Of a DNA stretch of 20,000 nt, positions 5,528 to 15,011 are shown piece by piece. The notes below the pieces were generated by a model. The model did no database searches. It had not been told where the DNA came from and saw only the letters and a program-made list of their open reading frames with translations. Both the position numbers and the translations under genes were made by a program. This stretch comes from an uncultured virus (IMG/VR IMGVR_UViG_3300044638_000550) (Duplodnaviria > Heunggongvirae > Uroviricota > Caudoviricetes): the IMG/VR virus record IMGVR_UViG_3300044638_000550, one strand, 5' to 3'. Position 1 is the stretch's first letter; every line of letters starts with the position of its first letter.

Positions 5528-7633
5528 TTATTTTCCTAAGTCTGAAAGTTTAGTACCAGCGCCAGGCTTCAAAGATTCTTTAGTCTGCTTTGCTGCGGCT
5601 CTGTTTGCCAAGGCTTCACGGGTCATTGTGCCAATAGGAACAACGCCAAATCCTGCCACATTAGCGGCTTTTTCTAACCCGCCTTTAGCCATTTCTTTAG
5701 CACCCGCCACAAATGTGTTGGATTGGTTAACATAGCTTCCACGGGGTTGTGCTTGGGTATATCTAGCCACGTTACCCAAAGCCCTAAGTTGTTGGGCAGT
5801 CTCACCATCAACTAATTCTAGCAATCTAGGGTCAAGTTGTTTAAGCGCTTTGTTATACCCTGCTTGGCTAAAGTTACCGTTATCATTTATGACACCAGCT
5901 TTATCTTTAAGATAATTGACAACAGCCGCAGACACGGCTTGATGGCCTTCTGAACCCTTACCAAGTTGTGCAGTCAACGCTTCTAAATCACGCTTGTTGC
6001 CACCAATAATGTATTTGGCAATAAACTTATCAGGTACGGCATCATTAACCGCAGCGTCATAAGCTGGGTCTTTTTTCAGCATATCAAATCTAGCTTTAGC
6101 CGCACTTCTAGCTTCATTTGCCAAAGGCTTGAGGGCTTCAGCTTCACCAGACAAAGGTAGTTCTTCCAATGCCGTGCGAACAATACTAGATGCAGTTTTA
6201 GCGTTACCATCACCTGAACGCTCTGCTTTACGCATCTCTGCTGCCAAGTTAGTTCTCATGGCCTCGAAGTTTTCAAACGTCATTGTCTCGCCATTTTTGT
6301 AGCGTTCTAATTGTTTGGCAATAGCAGGGGGCAAGAAATCTGTTTTAAGGTCTTTGCCCAACATCTTTTCAGCATTAGTGGCAAATTGTTTTCCATCAAT
6401 AGGAAAGTCACCACCAGCGGCATCTCTAAGCGCTTTGTATTTGGCAGAAATGTCAGCAGTTCTTGTGTCATCAAGTGCTTTGTAAGCATTGATTACAGTC
6501 TCAGCATTTTCAATGTAGTTTGTGCCATAAACATCAGGGGCGGCTTTGTCCCTGATAGCATTCATGTTTTCAATCAATTTACCGTTTTGTTCATTAAAAC
6601 GATTAGCCAAATCAGGGTTTTTGCCCCTCATGTTCATTTCGTCAGATAGCAAATTGATATCTTGTGTGGCTTGTCCACGGGTTAAACGAACAGGCACAGG
6701 CAACGTATCAGCCTCAACATGGCGCTCAAGGGCGGGCATATTAAGTTGATTGATTTGTGTAGATCGTATTTCGTTTTGCAGTTCAGGACTTACTTTGGCA
6801 AGAATTGCATTAATAGCCGCTTGATCAGTCGTAGCCGCTGCGCCCGCACTTTGCAAACCACGTTTGGCTTCAAACTGTTTTTGTATTTCTAATTCGCCAA
6901 CGCCAAGCTGTTTGCCAATAGCGCTTGGTATTTGTTTGCTTGCTTGAGCAGCTTGACCAACGGCTTGTTGCGCTTGTTGACTAGCAGGGCCAGCTAACGG
7001 TGCAAATCCCATAACTTCAGGCACACCCACAGGCGGTAACTTACTAGCTTCAAATGCTTTTTGTAAGTTTTGCACATATTGCTGACCTGTTTGAGTGCGG
7101 GGCTGATAAGTACCGCCCTCTTGAAGCCTACGGGCTATGTCCTGACCCGCTTGAATGCCTTGCTGAGTGCCATACTTACCGCTTGTCATTGTGCCAACAA
7201 TACCACCAAGGGCACTTACAGGCGCAGCAACGCTACCAGAAAGGGCGGTCAACCCTGCCTCACCAGCGCCCACAATTTTTTCGCCTAAAGCCTTTTTGCC
7301 TTCTTGCAATTTGTTATAAAACTGTGCAGCCAAAGGCAGTTCAGATTTCTTTTCAGCTTTCTTTTCCTCTTGCGTTTTTCCTGTGGGCGTTGTTTCCCAC
7401 AGATCAGCCAAGGTTTGACCAGATGCTTGTTGCGTTTGTTGAACAGGCTGAACCTTGCCACCCATTTCACGGGTTAAAGAATCAATGTCTCTTTGCGCTC
7501 TTGGATCGCCTGATTGCAAGCGTTGCTGTGCTTTGGTCATCTCGTCTTGCAAGATAGCCATGCGGTCAACCTGACGGTTTTGCGGTGTTGCCGTTGCGGG
7601 GGCGGCATCCCAAAGTTCAGCAAGACTAGCCAT
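5528..7633 (-). CDS. DNA ejection / internal virion protein (P22 gp16 position, 701 aa)
   Basis: Large, helical, A/Q/K-rich; third of three consecutive large genes after the tail hub. Confidence 0.65.
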   Translation of the reverse strand: MASLAELWDAAPATATPQNRQVDRMAILQDEMTKAQQRLQSGDPRAQRDIDSLTREMGGKVQPVQQTQQASGQTLADLWETTPTGKTQEEKKAEKKSELPLAAQFYNKLQEGKKALGEKIVGAGEAGLTALSGSVAAPVSALGGIVGTMTSGKYGTQQGIQAGQDIARRLQEGGTYQPRTQTGQQYVQNLQKAFEASKLPPVGVPEVMGFAPLAGPASQQAQQAVGQAAQASKQIPSAIGKQLGVGELEIQKQFEAKRGLQSAGAAATTDQAAINAILAKVSPELQNEIRSTQINQLNMPALERHVEADTLPVPVRLTRGQATQDINLLSDEMNMRGKNPDLANRFNEQNGKLIENMNAIRDKAAPDVYGTNYIENAETVINAYKALDDTRTADISAKYKALRDAAGGDFPIDGKQFATNAEKMLGKDLKTDFLPPAIAKQLERYKNGETMTFENFEAMRTNLAAEMRKAERSGDGNAKTASSIVRTALEELPLSGEAEALKPLANEARSAAKARFDMLKKDPAYDAAVNDAVPDKFIAKYIIGGNKRDLEALTAQLGKGSEGHQAVSAAVVNYLKDKAGVINDNGNFSQAGYNKALKQLDPRLLELVDGETAQQLRALGNVARYTQAQPRGSYVNQSNTFVAGAKEMAKGGLEKAANVAGFGVVPIGTMTREALANRAAAKQTKESLKPGAGTKLSDLGK

Positions 7634-9135
7634 TATTTAATAATCCCCAACATTTTTGCTTGCTGAATTTTTCTGCTCATGTCGGCAATATCTTGTTTAG
7701 ACATTGATGCTTTGAGTTTTGCCACCTGTTCAGGGGTCATTTCTTGGAAAATTCTAGGGTCAGCAAATTGATTAAACAATTGTGATTTTTCTTGATACTT
7801 TACAGGATCATTGCGGAATTGTCCCAAATACTCAGCACGTTTTTCTTTTAATCTTTCTACACCAATCATTTGGTCTGAAACTTCTTTAATAGCTTGTAAA
7901 GTCATCTTGCCGCTTGGATTGGCAATTTCAGCCATTGCCCTAGCCGCATCAGTATTACCGCCAGCCAATGCCAACAATCTTGTGTTTTTAGCTAATTCGT
8001 CTGTGGCGGTGTTTTCAGCCGTATAAGCATCAATACCCGCTGCGTTCAGAATACCCGCTGCCAATTTCTTACGTTCTGCACCAACACCCGTAAAGCCTTC
8101 TGGTGCAATCTTTTTAATATTTTGAAAAATGGCAATTCTAGGTTGTGCTTCTTTTGATGCGTTATAAGTATCTTGCCAATCTTGGTTAGCAATGGTTGTG
8201 TTTGCACTAATCGTGCTTGCTATTTGTGGTGCAAGACCCGTAACCATTGGCGCTTGTTGTTTAGTAGCAGCAGATGGAGGAATGTAAGTTGTTCCAACAG
8301 GCAAACCATAAGGATTGCCTTCTACGGCTACTTGCGGTTGACCTGGCCCAATCGTCAAAGGCTCTGCACGACCCGTCATGCTTATGCTTGGGGCTTGTCC
8401 TGATGGACTCATTGGCGTTGTAAGAGTTTCTTTCAACTCGCTACCAGTATTGGTCAAACCAACTTTAGTCGCAAACTCCGCACGTTGTTGTGGGATAGAC
8501 AATAACGATGCAGACTCAGCCATCAAGTCTTTTGTAATAGCTGGGCCAGCTTGGGCTTGTTTCAGCAAATCAATTCTTGAATTGATCATGCGTTCTAAAG
8601 ATGGGTTATCAGGATTGTTTTTTATTAAACCTTCATAAACTTTAATTATTTGTTTTGGATCGTTAACACCCATCAATCCTAATGAATGATCTGTATTTCC
8701 AATAATAATTCGCTCAGATTGTGTCAAATCTTGTTTTGCTCTAGCCGCCTCTGTTTGGCTTTTGTGCAGTCCACTTAATGAACTAATCACATCCGAACCC
8801 GTCAATGGGGCAATCTTTGGAATGACCGCATTGATCTTGTCCATGTCGATGCGACCATTGGTTTGCCAATTAGTGGGGTTGCTTGTGAACTCTTGAAGTT
8901 TTAAACGCTCATCATTCTTTTGACGCAAGACTTGGTTTTCAATTTGAGATTTTTCCAAAGCCAAAGGATTCATTTGCCTTGCTTGCTCAACTTCTAGCTG
9001 CGCTCTTTGCAAAAGCAAAGGATTTAATTGTTGTGCTTGTTGGAAGTTTTGCATTCCACTAGCCAAGTTCACCATGTCGCCAAGACTTGATGTTTGGGGC
9101 TTTGCGTAATTTACATTGAATGAAAGATCAGCCAT
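7633..9135 (-). CDS. DNA ejection protein (P22 gp20 position, 500 aa)
   Basis: Q-rich helical N-terminus; middle ejection gene by synteny. Confidence 0.6.
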   Translation of the reverse strand: MADLSFNVNYAKPQTSSLGDMVNLASGMQNFQQAQQLNPLLLQRAQLEVEQARQMNPLALEKSQIENQVLRQKNDERLKLQEFTSNPTNWQTNGRIDMDKINAVIPKIAPLTGSDVISSLSGLHKSQTEAARAKQDLTQSERIIIGNTDHSLGLMGVNDPKQIIKVYEGLIKNNPDNPSLERMINSRIDLLKQAQAGPAITKDLMAESASLLSIPQQRAEFATKVGLTNTGSELKETLTTPMSPSGQAPSISMTGRAEPLTIGPGQPQVAVEGNPYGLPVGTTYIPPSAATKQQAPMVTGLAPQIASTISANTTIANQDWQDTYNASKEAQPRIAIFQNIKKIAPEGFTGVGAERKKLAAGILNAAGIDAYTAENTATDELAKNTRLLALAGGNTDAARAMAEIANPSGKMTLQAIKEVSDQMIGVERLKEKRAEYLGQFRNDPVKYQEKSQLFNQFADPRIFQEMTPEQVAKLKASMSKQDIADMSRKIQQAKMLGIIK

Positions 9136-9144
9136 GATTTATCC

Positions 9145-11217
9145 TTATGTCGCTTTGATCATAGAGCCAAGCAAAGCCGTGTTGCCAAGGTTGCTCAATG
9201 CGGTTGCGTTGTTAGCGCCACTTTGTGTCGCATTGGTTGCCAAAGCTGATCCTGTACCTACGGCAAGGTTAGCGGCATTCAAACCCGCTACGTTGGCGGC
9301 ATTGACACCCGTAGCATAATTGTTTGTCAAGTTACTACCAAACGTGTTAGCCGCATTGTTCAAATTGCTACCATATTGGTTGTAAGCGCCTTGCATTGTG
9401 TTGGCATTGTTGACCATATTGCCAGCATAAGCATTAGAGCCACTTAGTAAGTTACTTCCATATTGGTTGTAAGCATTTTGCATCTGACCCGCATTTGAAA
9501 CCCTAGCGTTTCCATAGTTACTAGACAATGACCCCAAGTTTCCACCTAATGTATTGCCAAGACTTACTAATTGACCGCTAGATGTTGTTCCAATATTTGC
9601 CATGTTTGACAAAGTGTTGTAGATGTTTGATCGTTGATCTTGAAAATTTTTGAACGCATTTTGATAAGCGCCACTTGCATAGTTTTGTGTGTAGTCTTGC
9701 AAACCTCTTAATGCATTTCCACCTAAAGCACCACCACTCATATTTCCAAGGCGTTGATTAGCCATTTGGCCTTGACCTAATTGGAACGCATAGTTAGGCG
9801 CTAATTCGGTATTGAGATCAGCCGTTCCAAATTGCTTTGTGAAATAGGGCGTATTCGCCAAAATTTCTGTTGAGGCTCTTTTACCAATGTTTTGATAAGG
9901 TTCTTGATAACCAACTTGTTCGTCGTATAAATTATTTAGATCAGTTTTTGTATCTTTGTAAGTGTTTTCCAACGCTGTATTCGTATCGCCATAAACACCC
10001 GCTTGTGCATTTATGGTGTTGTTTAAATTAGTATTTAAATTTAAATAATTATTGGCTAAATTTCTATTTGTGTCACCATAAACACCCGCTTGGGCATTAA
10101 TGATGTTGTTCAAATTGGTGCTTTGGTTTGTAAAAATGTTGTTTAAATCTCTACGCCCCGCAGCGTTTAAGTCCCTTGCATCCGCATAAGTGCTTGTTAA
10201 CCTATCATTGGCTCTTGCTCCATACTCATTGATCAAGTTTCTAGCATCGGTAATGCCTTCTCGGTTGGCAATGTTTCCAAGCAAATTGCTACCAGCAGCT
10301 ACTGCCAATCCAGTTAAAGGATCAATCAATGTTTTTGCCGCATTAGCCGCATTAGCTACTGTGTTTGCCGTATTAACTGCATTACCCGCATTAGCCACAT
10401 TTGCTGCTGTGTTTGCACTAGCACCCGCATTAGCAAGTTCAGAAGCACCCAAGTCTGACATTGCAGTTGCCCCAGCGTTTGCCGCTTCAAAAGCAGAACC
10501 CGCACCCGTCCCCGCCAAAGAATTAAGAGCCGTACCGCCTTCAAAAGCGCCCGCACCCGCATTAGCTAATTCAAATGCAGAACCAGCGCCTGTGCCAGCT
10601 AAAGAACTAATTGCAGAACCACCCTCAAAAGCGCCCGCACCTGCGTTTGCTAATTCAAATGCAGAACCCGCCCCTGTTCCTGCCGCACCTGTTCCAGCAA
10701 ATACACCATCAAAAACACCCGCACCACCAGCCACGCCTAATATGGCGGCTTGCACCACTGGGTCTTTGAGCATTTCTTTCATGCCGCCAAAAAATGACAA
10801 ATCTTTTTTGGTTTTTACAGTATTTACAAACTCGCCATCTCCACTATAAATTTGTACTGGCGTTCCAACAGGGGCCTTATAATTAATATCGCCATTGCTT
10901 TTAGACATGGCAAAACCCTCAAGAGGGCCAATTTGCTCATCCATGCCAGAGCCAGTTGTTCTGTATTGAGGGGCGATAACAGTATCGCCAAGTGTTACTG
11001 AATTGCCAGGAGAAATCGTAGCCGCAACCCTAGCGGCTATTTTTCCCTCTGGAATATTCGCAACCCTAGACATTTGTTCGGGCGAAATTCCACTGCTTTG
11101 CATTAACTCAACAAGTTGAGAATCATTCATGTTTGGGTTAGCCAACAACTTACTTACAACTTGTTGATCTGTTAAACCAATACTTTTGGTCACTAATGAA
11201 TTTACTAGGTTATCCAT
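9145..11217 (-). CDS. DNA transfer/ejection protein, P22 gp7-like, enlarged (690 aa)
   Basis: Core QEPYQNIG...PNYAFQLGQG...GGALGGNALRGLQDY.QNYASGAYQNAF resembles gp7-family pilot proteins; Gly/Ala/Asn-rich. Confidence 0.7.
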   Translation of the reverse strand: MDNLVNSLVTKSIGLTDQQVVSKLLANPNMNDSQLVELMQSSGISPEQMSRVANIPEGKIAARVAATISPGNSVTLGDTVIAPQYRTTGSGMDEQIGPLEGFAMSKSNGDINYKAPVGTPVQIYSGDGEFVNTVKTKKDLSFFGGMKEMLKDPVVQAAILGVAGGAGVFDGVFAGTGAAGTGAGSAFELANAGAGAFEGGSAISSLAGTGAGSAFELANAGAGAFEGGTALNSLAGTGAGSAFEAANAGATAMSDLGASELANAGASANTAANVANAGNAVNTANTVANAANAAKTLIDPLTGLAVAAGSNLLGNIANREGITDARNLINEYGARANDRLTSTYADARDLNAAGRRDLNNIFTNQSTNLNNIINAQAGVYGDTNRNLANNYLNLNTNLNNTINAQAGVYGDTNTALENTYKDTKTDLNNLYDEQVGYQEPYQNIGKRASTEILANTPYFTKQFGTADLNTELAPNYAFQLGQGQMANQRLGNMSGGALGGNALRGLQDYTQNYASGAYQNAFKNFQDQRSNIYNTLSNMANIGTTSSGQLVSLGNTLGGNLGSLSSNYGNARVSNAGQMQNAYNQYGSNLLSGSNAYAGNMVNNANTMQGAYNQYGSNLNNAANTFGSNLTNNYATGVNAANVAGLNAANLAVGTGSALATNATQSGANNATALSNLGNTALLGSMIKAT
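9361..9490 (-). repeat. 87-bp (29-aa) duplication, MQxAYNQYGSNL x2
   Basis: ccatattggttgtaagc occurs at 9371 and 9458. Confidence 0.85.
9975..10120 (-). repeat. 87-bp (29-aa) duplication, NLNNxINAQAGVYGDTN x2
   Basis: ccataaacacccgcttg occurs at 9989 and 10076. Confidence 0.85.
10470..10695 (-). repeat. 84-bp (28-aa) tandem repeat AGTGAGSAFELANAGAGAFEGG..., about 2.6 copies
   Basis: tcaaaagcgcccgcacc occurs at 10541 and 10625; the repeat is visible in the translation. Confidence 0.9.
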
Positions 11218-11230
11218 GACTTAAACTTTC

Positions 11231-11467
11231 TCAAACATTGTAGTAAGGCACTTTGAAACTTTGCCCATTTACGGTGACATTGATAAACCCAACGGGGTTA
11301 GCGGGTAGGGTTGCCGTTCCCGTTGTTGCAGTCTCGGACGAACTAAAGTTCAACAAGTTAATAAAAAATTGTTGCCATGAACGTGATGGACGATTAGTCG
11401 CCCCATCCAAAAACGGTGCTTGTGGATAGGGGTTAACTTGTTGCGTGTTAGATAGTCCATTAGACAT
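11231..11467 (-). CDS. small tail protein in the gp26 (needle/plug) position (78 aa)
   Basis: Directly after the gp10-like gene with a TAATG overlap; PFLDGATNRPSRSWQQFF N-terminal motif. Confidence 0.55.
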   Translation of the reverse strand: MSNGLSNTQQVNPYPQAPFLDGATNRPSRSWQQFFINLLNFSSSETATTGTATLPANPVGFINVTVNGQSFKVPYYNV

Positions 11468-13725
11468 TAGTTCTCTGCCCCTTGCACTTTAAGGTTTGCT
11501 GAAATAATCACCATCTTCACGGGATCGGTCACCACAACTTCAAACACACGATCCCGAGCCGTTCCCAATCTTCGCCAAATAGCACGATTCTTGTACCTAC
11601 CGAGTTGACCAATGCCCACCCAATATTCATTTGACCAAGTTGAACCACCATCATTTGACCACCGCAACATGGCTTGTGGCGTTGTTGTGGTTGGGTTAAG
11701 TTGACTAATAGAACCTAAAACATAGGTTTTAGTGGCCTCAATAATCAATGAATCTACGCTTCCAATTGTATAGGTATCGCCCAAATAAATAAAACCTGGG
11801 ATTACGATTTGCTCATAATTTGAAAGCCCCGTAGTCCCCACGCCTGGCTGAAACTGTATCTGCAATTCATCAAAATATTGCCGTTGAAACTCGGTCACCA
11901 AATGGGGCGCTCTACGCAATCTGCGGATAGTCTGACCATCATCCGTATAGTTGTCTTTATCCAACTCATACAACTTACCATTCTCATAGTCACCAATAAT
12001 GACCAAGCCTTGAAACACCGCACAACAATTGCCACGGTGACGTTGGTAAGTGCTATCGTTTGCCAAGTAAAGCCACTTGTGCCACAAACCCGTTGTGATG
12101 TCATAAGCCCATGTCAACTCAAGTGATGGGAAAGTGACCACAAAAACTTCGTGTCCCTCAAGTTGGTAAGTCCACGAAATGGCATCACCAACATATTGAT
12201 TGACCAAAGTGTTCTCTACTGCATGAGTGGAAATCCTTTGAGGGATATAACCTTGCATTTGCATAATCTGCGCTTGGCCACGGTTGTTCCTTGAGACATA
12301 CGCAAAAGAGTTACCAAGTCGGGCAACCGAAAAAGGCGCTGCAATGCCGTGTTGCGTTGAAGTGCCAGGAATTCTTTGAAACGGGAACGGCACAGCCCCC
12401 ACATCAGTCCACACCTCAGAAGAAATCTCACCCAACAAATAAACTTCTCGGTGATCAACAATCAAAGCCACCAAGTCATCAGGTGCGCCATCTTTAAGCG
12501 AAAAACTTAAAGTAGGTGAAACGGGCGACAAAAGGTCACTAGCACCAAATTGTTGAGTCGTTGGGTTGTTATAGACAAAGTAGTTGTCAATAATGTCCAC
12601 GGTGTTTGCACCGCTAAACGCACCATCGGTAGAGGGCAAAACAGAAAAATTAAGCCCGTAAAACGTCCTAATGTTTAAGAAGCCTGAACTACTTATTGTG
12701 TACGTTCCAACCCCACCCGTACCCGTTCCAAGAGCCGTAATGATCGTGTCAACGGCTATTCCCACACCTTGAATGGTTTGACCAACGTAAAGGCTACCAC
12801 TTGCCACAGCGGTCACATTCATAGTGGTAGGTGCTACTTGGTATGTTAAACCCGTTGGCGTTCCCGCAGTTGTGGTAATTGCCGCACCGCCCAAAGTCGC
12901 AGACAAGGTGAATGTCGTTGAAGTGTTTGTGGCAATGATGTAATAAGTTGTTGGGTTGACATAGCCCGAGATTGAACCCGTGCCACCATAAGTTCCGCTA
13001 ATTGTCAAAGATTGACCAATAGCCAAAGGGATAGGGGAAGCTGCACAAGCAAACTGACCCGCCACGCCCGTGATTGTCACCGTGGATAGATCAGCGCCAA
13101 TGGTTGCCGTGACCTTGGCGGCTACGGTGACCGAATTTAAAGTATTTGACGCAACCGTTTGGGATAGGTTAATTTCATAAGTTCCAACGCCACCCGAACC
13201 CGTTAACAAGCCCGTAATAACGGTTTCATTGTCAACGCCAACGCCAAACAATGCTTGATCAGCGGCAATCGTGCCACTTGAAACGCCCGTGACGGTTAAA
13301 ACAGTTCCACTAATAGAGCCTGTGAACACGGCAGAGGCGGGGCTAGAAATGCGGAATGTGTAACGAAAAGCACCGTCAACCAAATAGACATTGACCCCGT
13401 TGTCGGTAATCCGCACTATTCCAGAACTGGAATTAAGTTGACCAATTACGGTAGGCACTAAATTAGAAGTTAGTGAATATACATAAGGCCCACAAACCGC
13501 AATTAATTGCTCACCACCCGAAATTGTGTGCAGCCCACGAACCTCTTGTGCGTTGGGTAAAACAGCTTTGACGGTGAGGCCAGGCGTGGGGTAAAGCGCC
13601 ACCACCCCCCGTTCCCCTTGCTGTTTAGCGGGGTCAACTTCGGGAAAGAAATTGATGCACTCTTGAGCATCTTGATAAATACTCGGTGCTTCATACGATG
13701 CGCCAACAAAACCAAAATCTGGCAT
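11467..13725 (-). CDS. tail hub / packaged-DNA stabilisation protein, P22 gp10-like, with beta-rich insertions (752 aa)
   Basis: CINFFPE...LYPTPGL start; [42 protein letters not shown] and [34 protein letters not shown] motifs. Confidence 0.88.
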   Translation of the reverse strand: MPDFGFVGASYEAPSIYQDAQECINFFPEVDPAKQQGERGVVALYPTPGLTVKAVLPNAQEVRGLHTISGGEQLIAVCGPYVYSLTSNLVPTVIGQLNSSSGIVRITDNGVNVYLVDGAFRYTFRISSPASAVFTGSISGTVLTVTGVSSGTIAADQALFGVGVDNETVITGLLTGSGGVGTYEINLSQTVASNTLNSVTVAAKVTATIGADLSTVTITGVAGQFACAASPIPLAIGQSLTISGTYGGTGSISGYVNPTTYYIIATNTSTTFTLSATLGGAAITTTAGTPTGLTYQVAPTTMNVTAVASGSLYVGQTIQGVGIAVDTIITALGTGTGGVGTYTISSSGFLNIRTFYGLNFSVLPSTDGAFSGANTVDIIDNYFVYNNPTTQQFGASDLLSPVSPTLSFSLKDGAPDDLVALIVDHREVYLLGEISSEVWTDVGAVPFPFQRIPGTSTQHGIAAPFSVARLGNSFAYVSRNNRGQAQIMQMQGYIPQRISTHAVENTLVNQYVGDAISWTYQLEGHEVFVVTFPSLELTWAYDITTGLWHKWLYLANDSTYQRHRGNCCAVFQGLVIIGDYENGKLYELDKDNYTDDGQTIRRLRRAPHLVTEFQRQYFDELQIQFQPGVGTTGLSNYEQIVIPGFIYLGDTYTIGSVDSLIIEATKTYVLGSISQLNPTTTTPQAMLRWSNDGGSTWSNEYWVGIGQLGRYKNRAIWRRLGTARDRVFEVVVTDPVKMVIISANLKVQGAEN

Positions 13726-13734
13726 GGTAGCCCC

Positions 13735-14715
13735 TTAAATAAAGCCGCCAGTTAAAATCCAACCCGCATCCTTGGCTCTACCCGTTTGCAAAGCATCGGG
13801 GTAACGTGCCACCGCTAGAGGGGCCATGTTTGTGCGTTTGAGGGTAGCTTTGGCTTGACCCGCAAAGGTCTGAATCATCGCTATTTGCGTTGCAGAGGCT
13901 TTGCCATACATAGGCATCAAACGCTCGGCTAAACACCATCTAAGGCACATTGAATAGCCTTGTGGCAATGTTATGTCATCATACATAGATTCATAACGGC
14001 TAAACAAGGTATTGGCAAACAAGTGAAGTTCGCCTTGTGAGGGGCTAGGCCAAACAAACAAGTTTCCCGATTCAGTGCCTGGGTTAAAGTAAACCGCTTT
14101 TGGCCACGGGCCACTTAGCGTTTTTAAACCAATCATTTCGTAATCTTGCAAAGCAAGAACCGACATGGGGTAATCCAAACCACCACCCGTAATCGGCTGA
14201 CCATTAGATGTAGTGTTTACCCTAACAAATGCCGAATCAATGTTAAGTGGCTTTTGGTAGTAAGCCGTGACGGTTGTTGAGGCAACGGTTTGATTAATGT
14301 TGACTTGGTAAGTGCCTTGCTCATTGATGTTGCCACCCGCACCCGTCAAGAATTGCGTAATCTTTGTTCCCGCTGTGATTCCCGTTCCACTTAGGGTTTG
14401 CCCTTGTGCCAAAGCGCCCGACAAAATGCCCGTAACGGTCAAAATATTACCCGTGATTGAGCCTGTAAAAGACGCACCGATAAAGTTTAAAGTCGATGGG
14501 TTAGGGCCAATCGTGTATTGAGTTTGTCCCGAAATGACGGGGCAAATGATTTCGGTGACATTGAAAACCATCATGTTTTCATTTGACCATTGGTCAATCA
14601 TGTCGTTCATCATGTCAAACGCATCAAGCGCTGCGTCTGGCGTTGGCGTTTCACCCGCCTCCAATGCGCCTATGTCCTTAAGCGCTCTACTAATTACGTC
14701 ATAAGGCACGGTCAT
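13735..14715 (-). CDS. head-to-tail adaptor, P22 gp4-like, with a beta insertion (326 aa)
   Basis: [18 protein letters not shown]...[14 protein letters not shown]-terminus and LPQGY...[15 protein letters not shown]-terminus; directly upstream of the gp10-like gene. Confidence 0.82.
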   Translation of the reverse strand: MTVPYDVISRALKDIGALEAGETPTPDAALDAFDMMNDMIDQWSNENMMVFNVTEIICPVISGQTQYTIGPNPSTLNFIGASFTGSITGNILTVTGILSGALAQGQTLSGTGITAGTKITQFLTGAGGNINEQGTYQVNINQTVASTTVTAYYQKPLNIDSAFVRVNTTSNGQPITGGGLDYPMSVLALQDYEMIGLKTLSGPWPKAVYFNPGTESGNLFVWPSPSQGELHLFANTLFSRYESMYDDITLPQGYSMCLRWCLAERLMPMYGKASATQIAMIQTFAGQAKATLKRTNMAPLAVARYPDALQTGRAKDAGWILTGGFI

Positions 14716-14767
14716 AGGTTTTCCTTACTATTTCACAATAAATGTTTGAACAAATCAAACTTCATAA

Positions 14768-15004
14768 TTAATTTAACGCTTGAATTTGGGCAGTTAAGGC
14801 TTGCAATTGAGCAAGTAGTTCTTCTTTAGTTGGTGTAGTAACGGTTGGCTCAACCATCACAGGGGCAGTAAACACACCATCAGCGTAAGTCCAACCTATT
14901 CCACCATATTCACATTCCACCAAAATTTGATTAGGTGCTAGTTCGGGTTGTCCAATGACAACATTTACCACTAAGCCATTTTCAATAATTGCGTATCTGT
15001 CCAT
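14768..15004 (-). CDS. putative tail-fibre assembly chaperone (78 aa)
   Basis: Start reassigned to ATG 15004 (AAGG RBS). The MDRYAIIENGLVVNVV..GIGWTYADGVFTAP pattern typically follows Gly-rich fibre genes; C-terminal coiled coil. Confidence 0.6.
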   Translation of the reverse strand: MDRYAIIENGLVVNVVIGQPELAPNQILVECEYGGIGWTYADGVFTAPVMVEPTVTTPTKEELLAQLQALTAQIQALN

Positions 15005-15011
15005 ATTTACC

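Noticed and set aside
3411..8638. Numerous 60-170 aa ORFs antisense or out of frame to the lysis and ejection genes
   Set aside because: They are embedded in well-supported minus-strand genes, lack RBSs and have no recognisable protein features.
9361..10695. Repeats as a CRISPR array or DGR template/variable repeat pair
   Set aside because: They are in-frame coding duplications with mostly synonymous differences; no spacers, no adenine-specific mismatch pattern and no reverse transcriptase in the window.
10190..10849. 219-aa + strand ORF with APAP repeats
   Set aside because: It is the antisense mirror of the Gly/Ala repeat in the gp7-like gene and has no convincing start or RBS.
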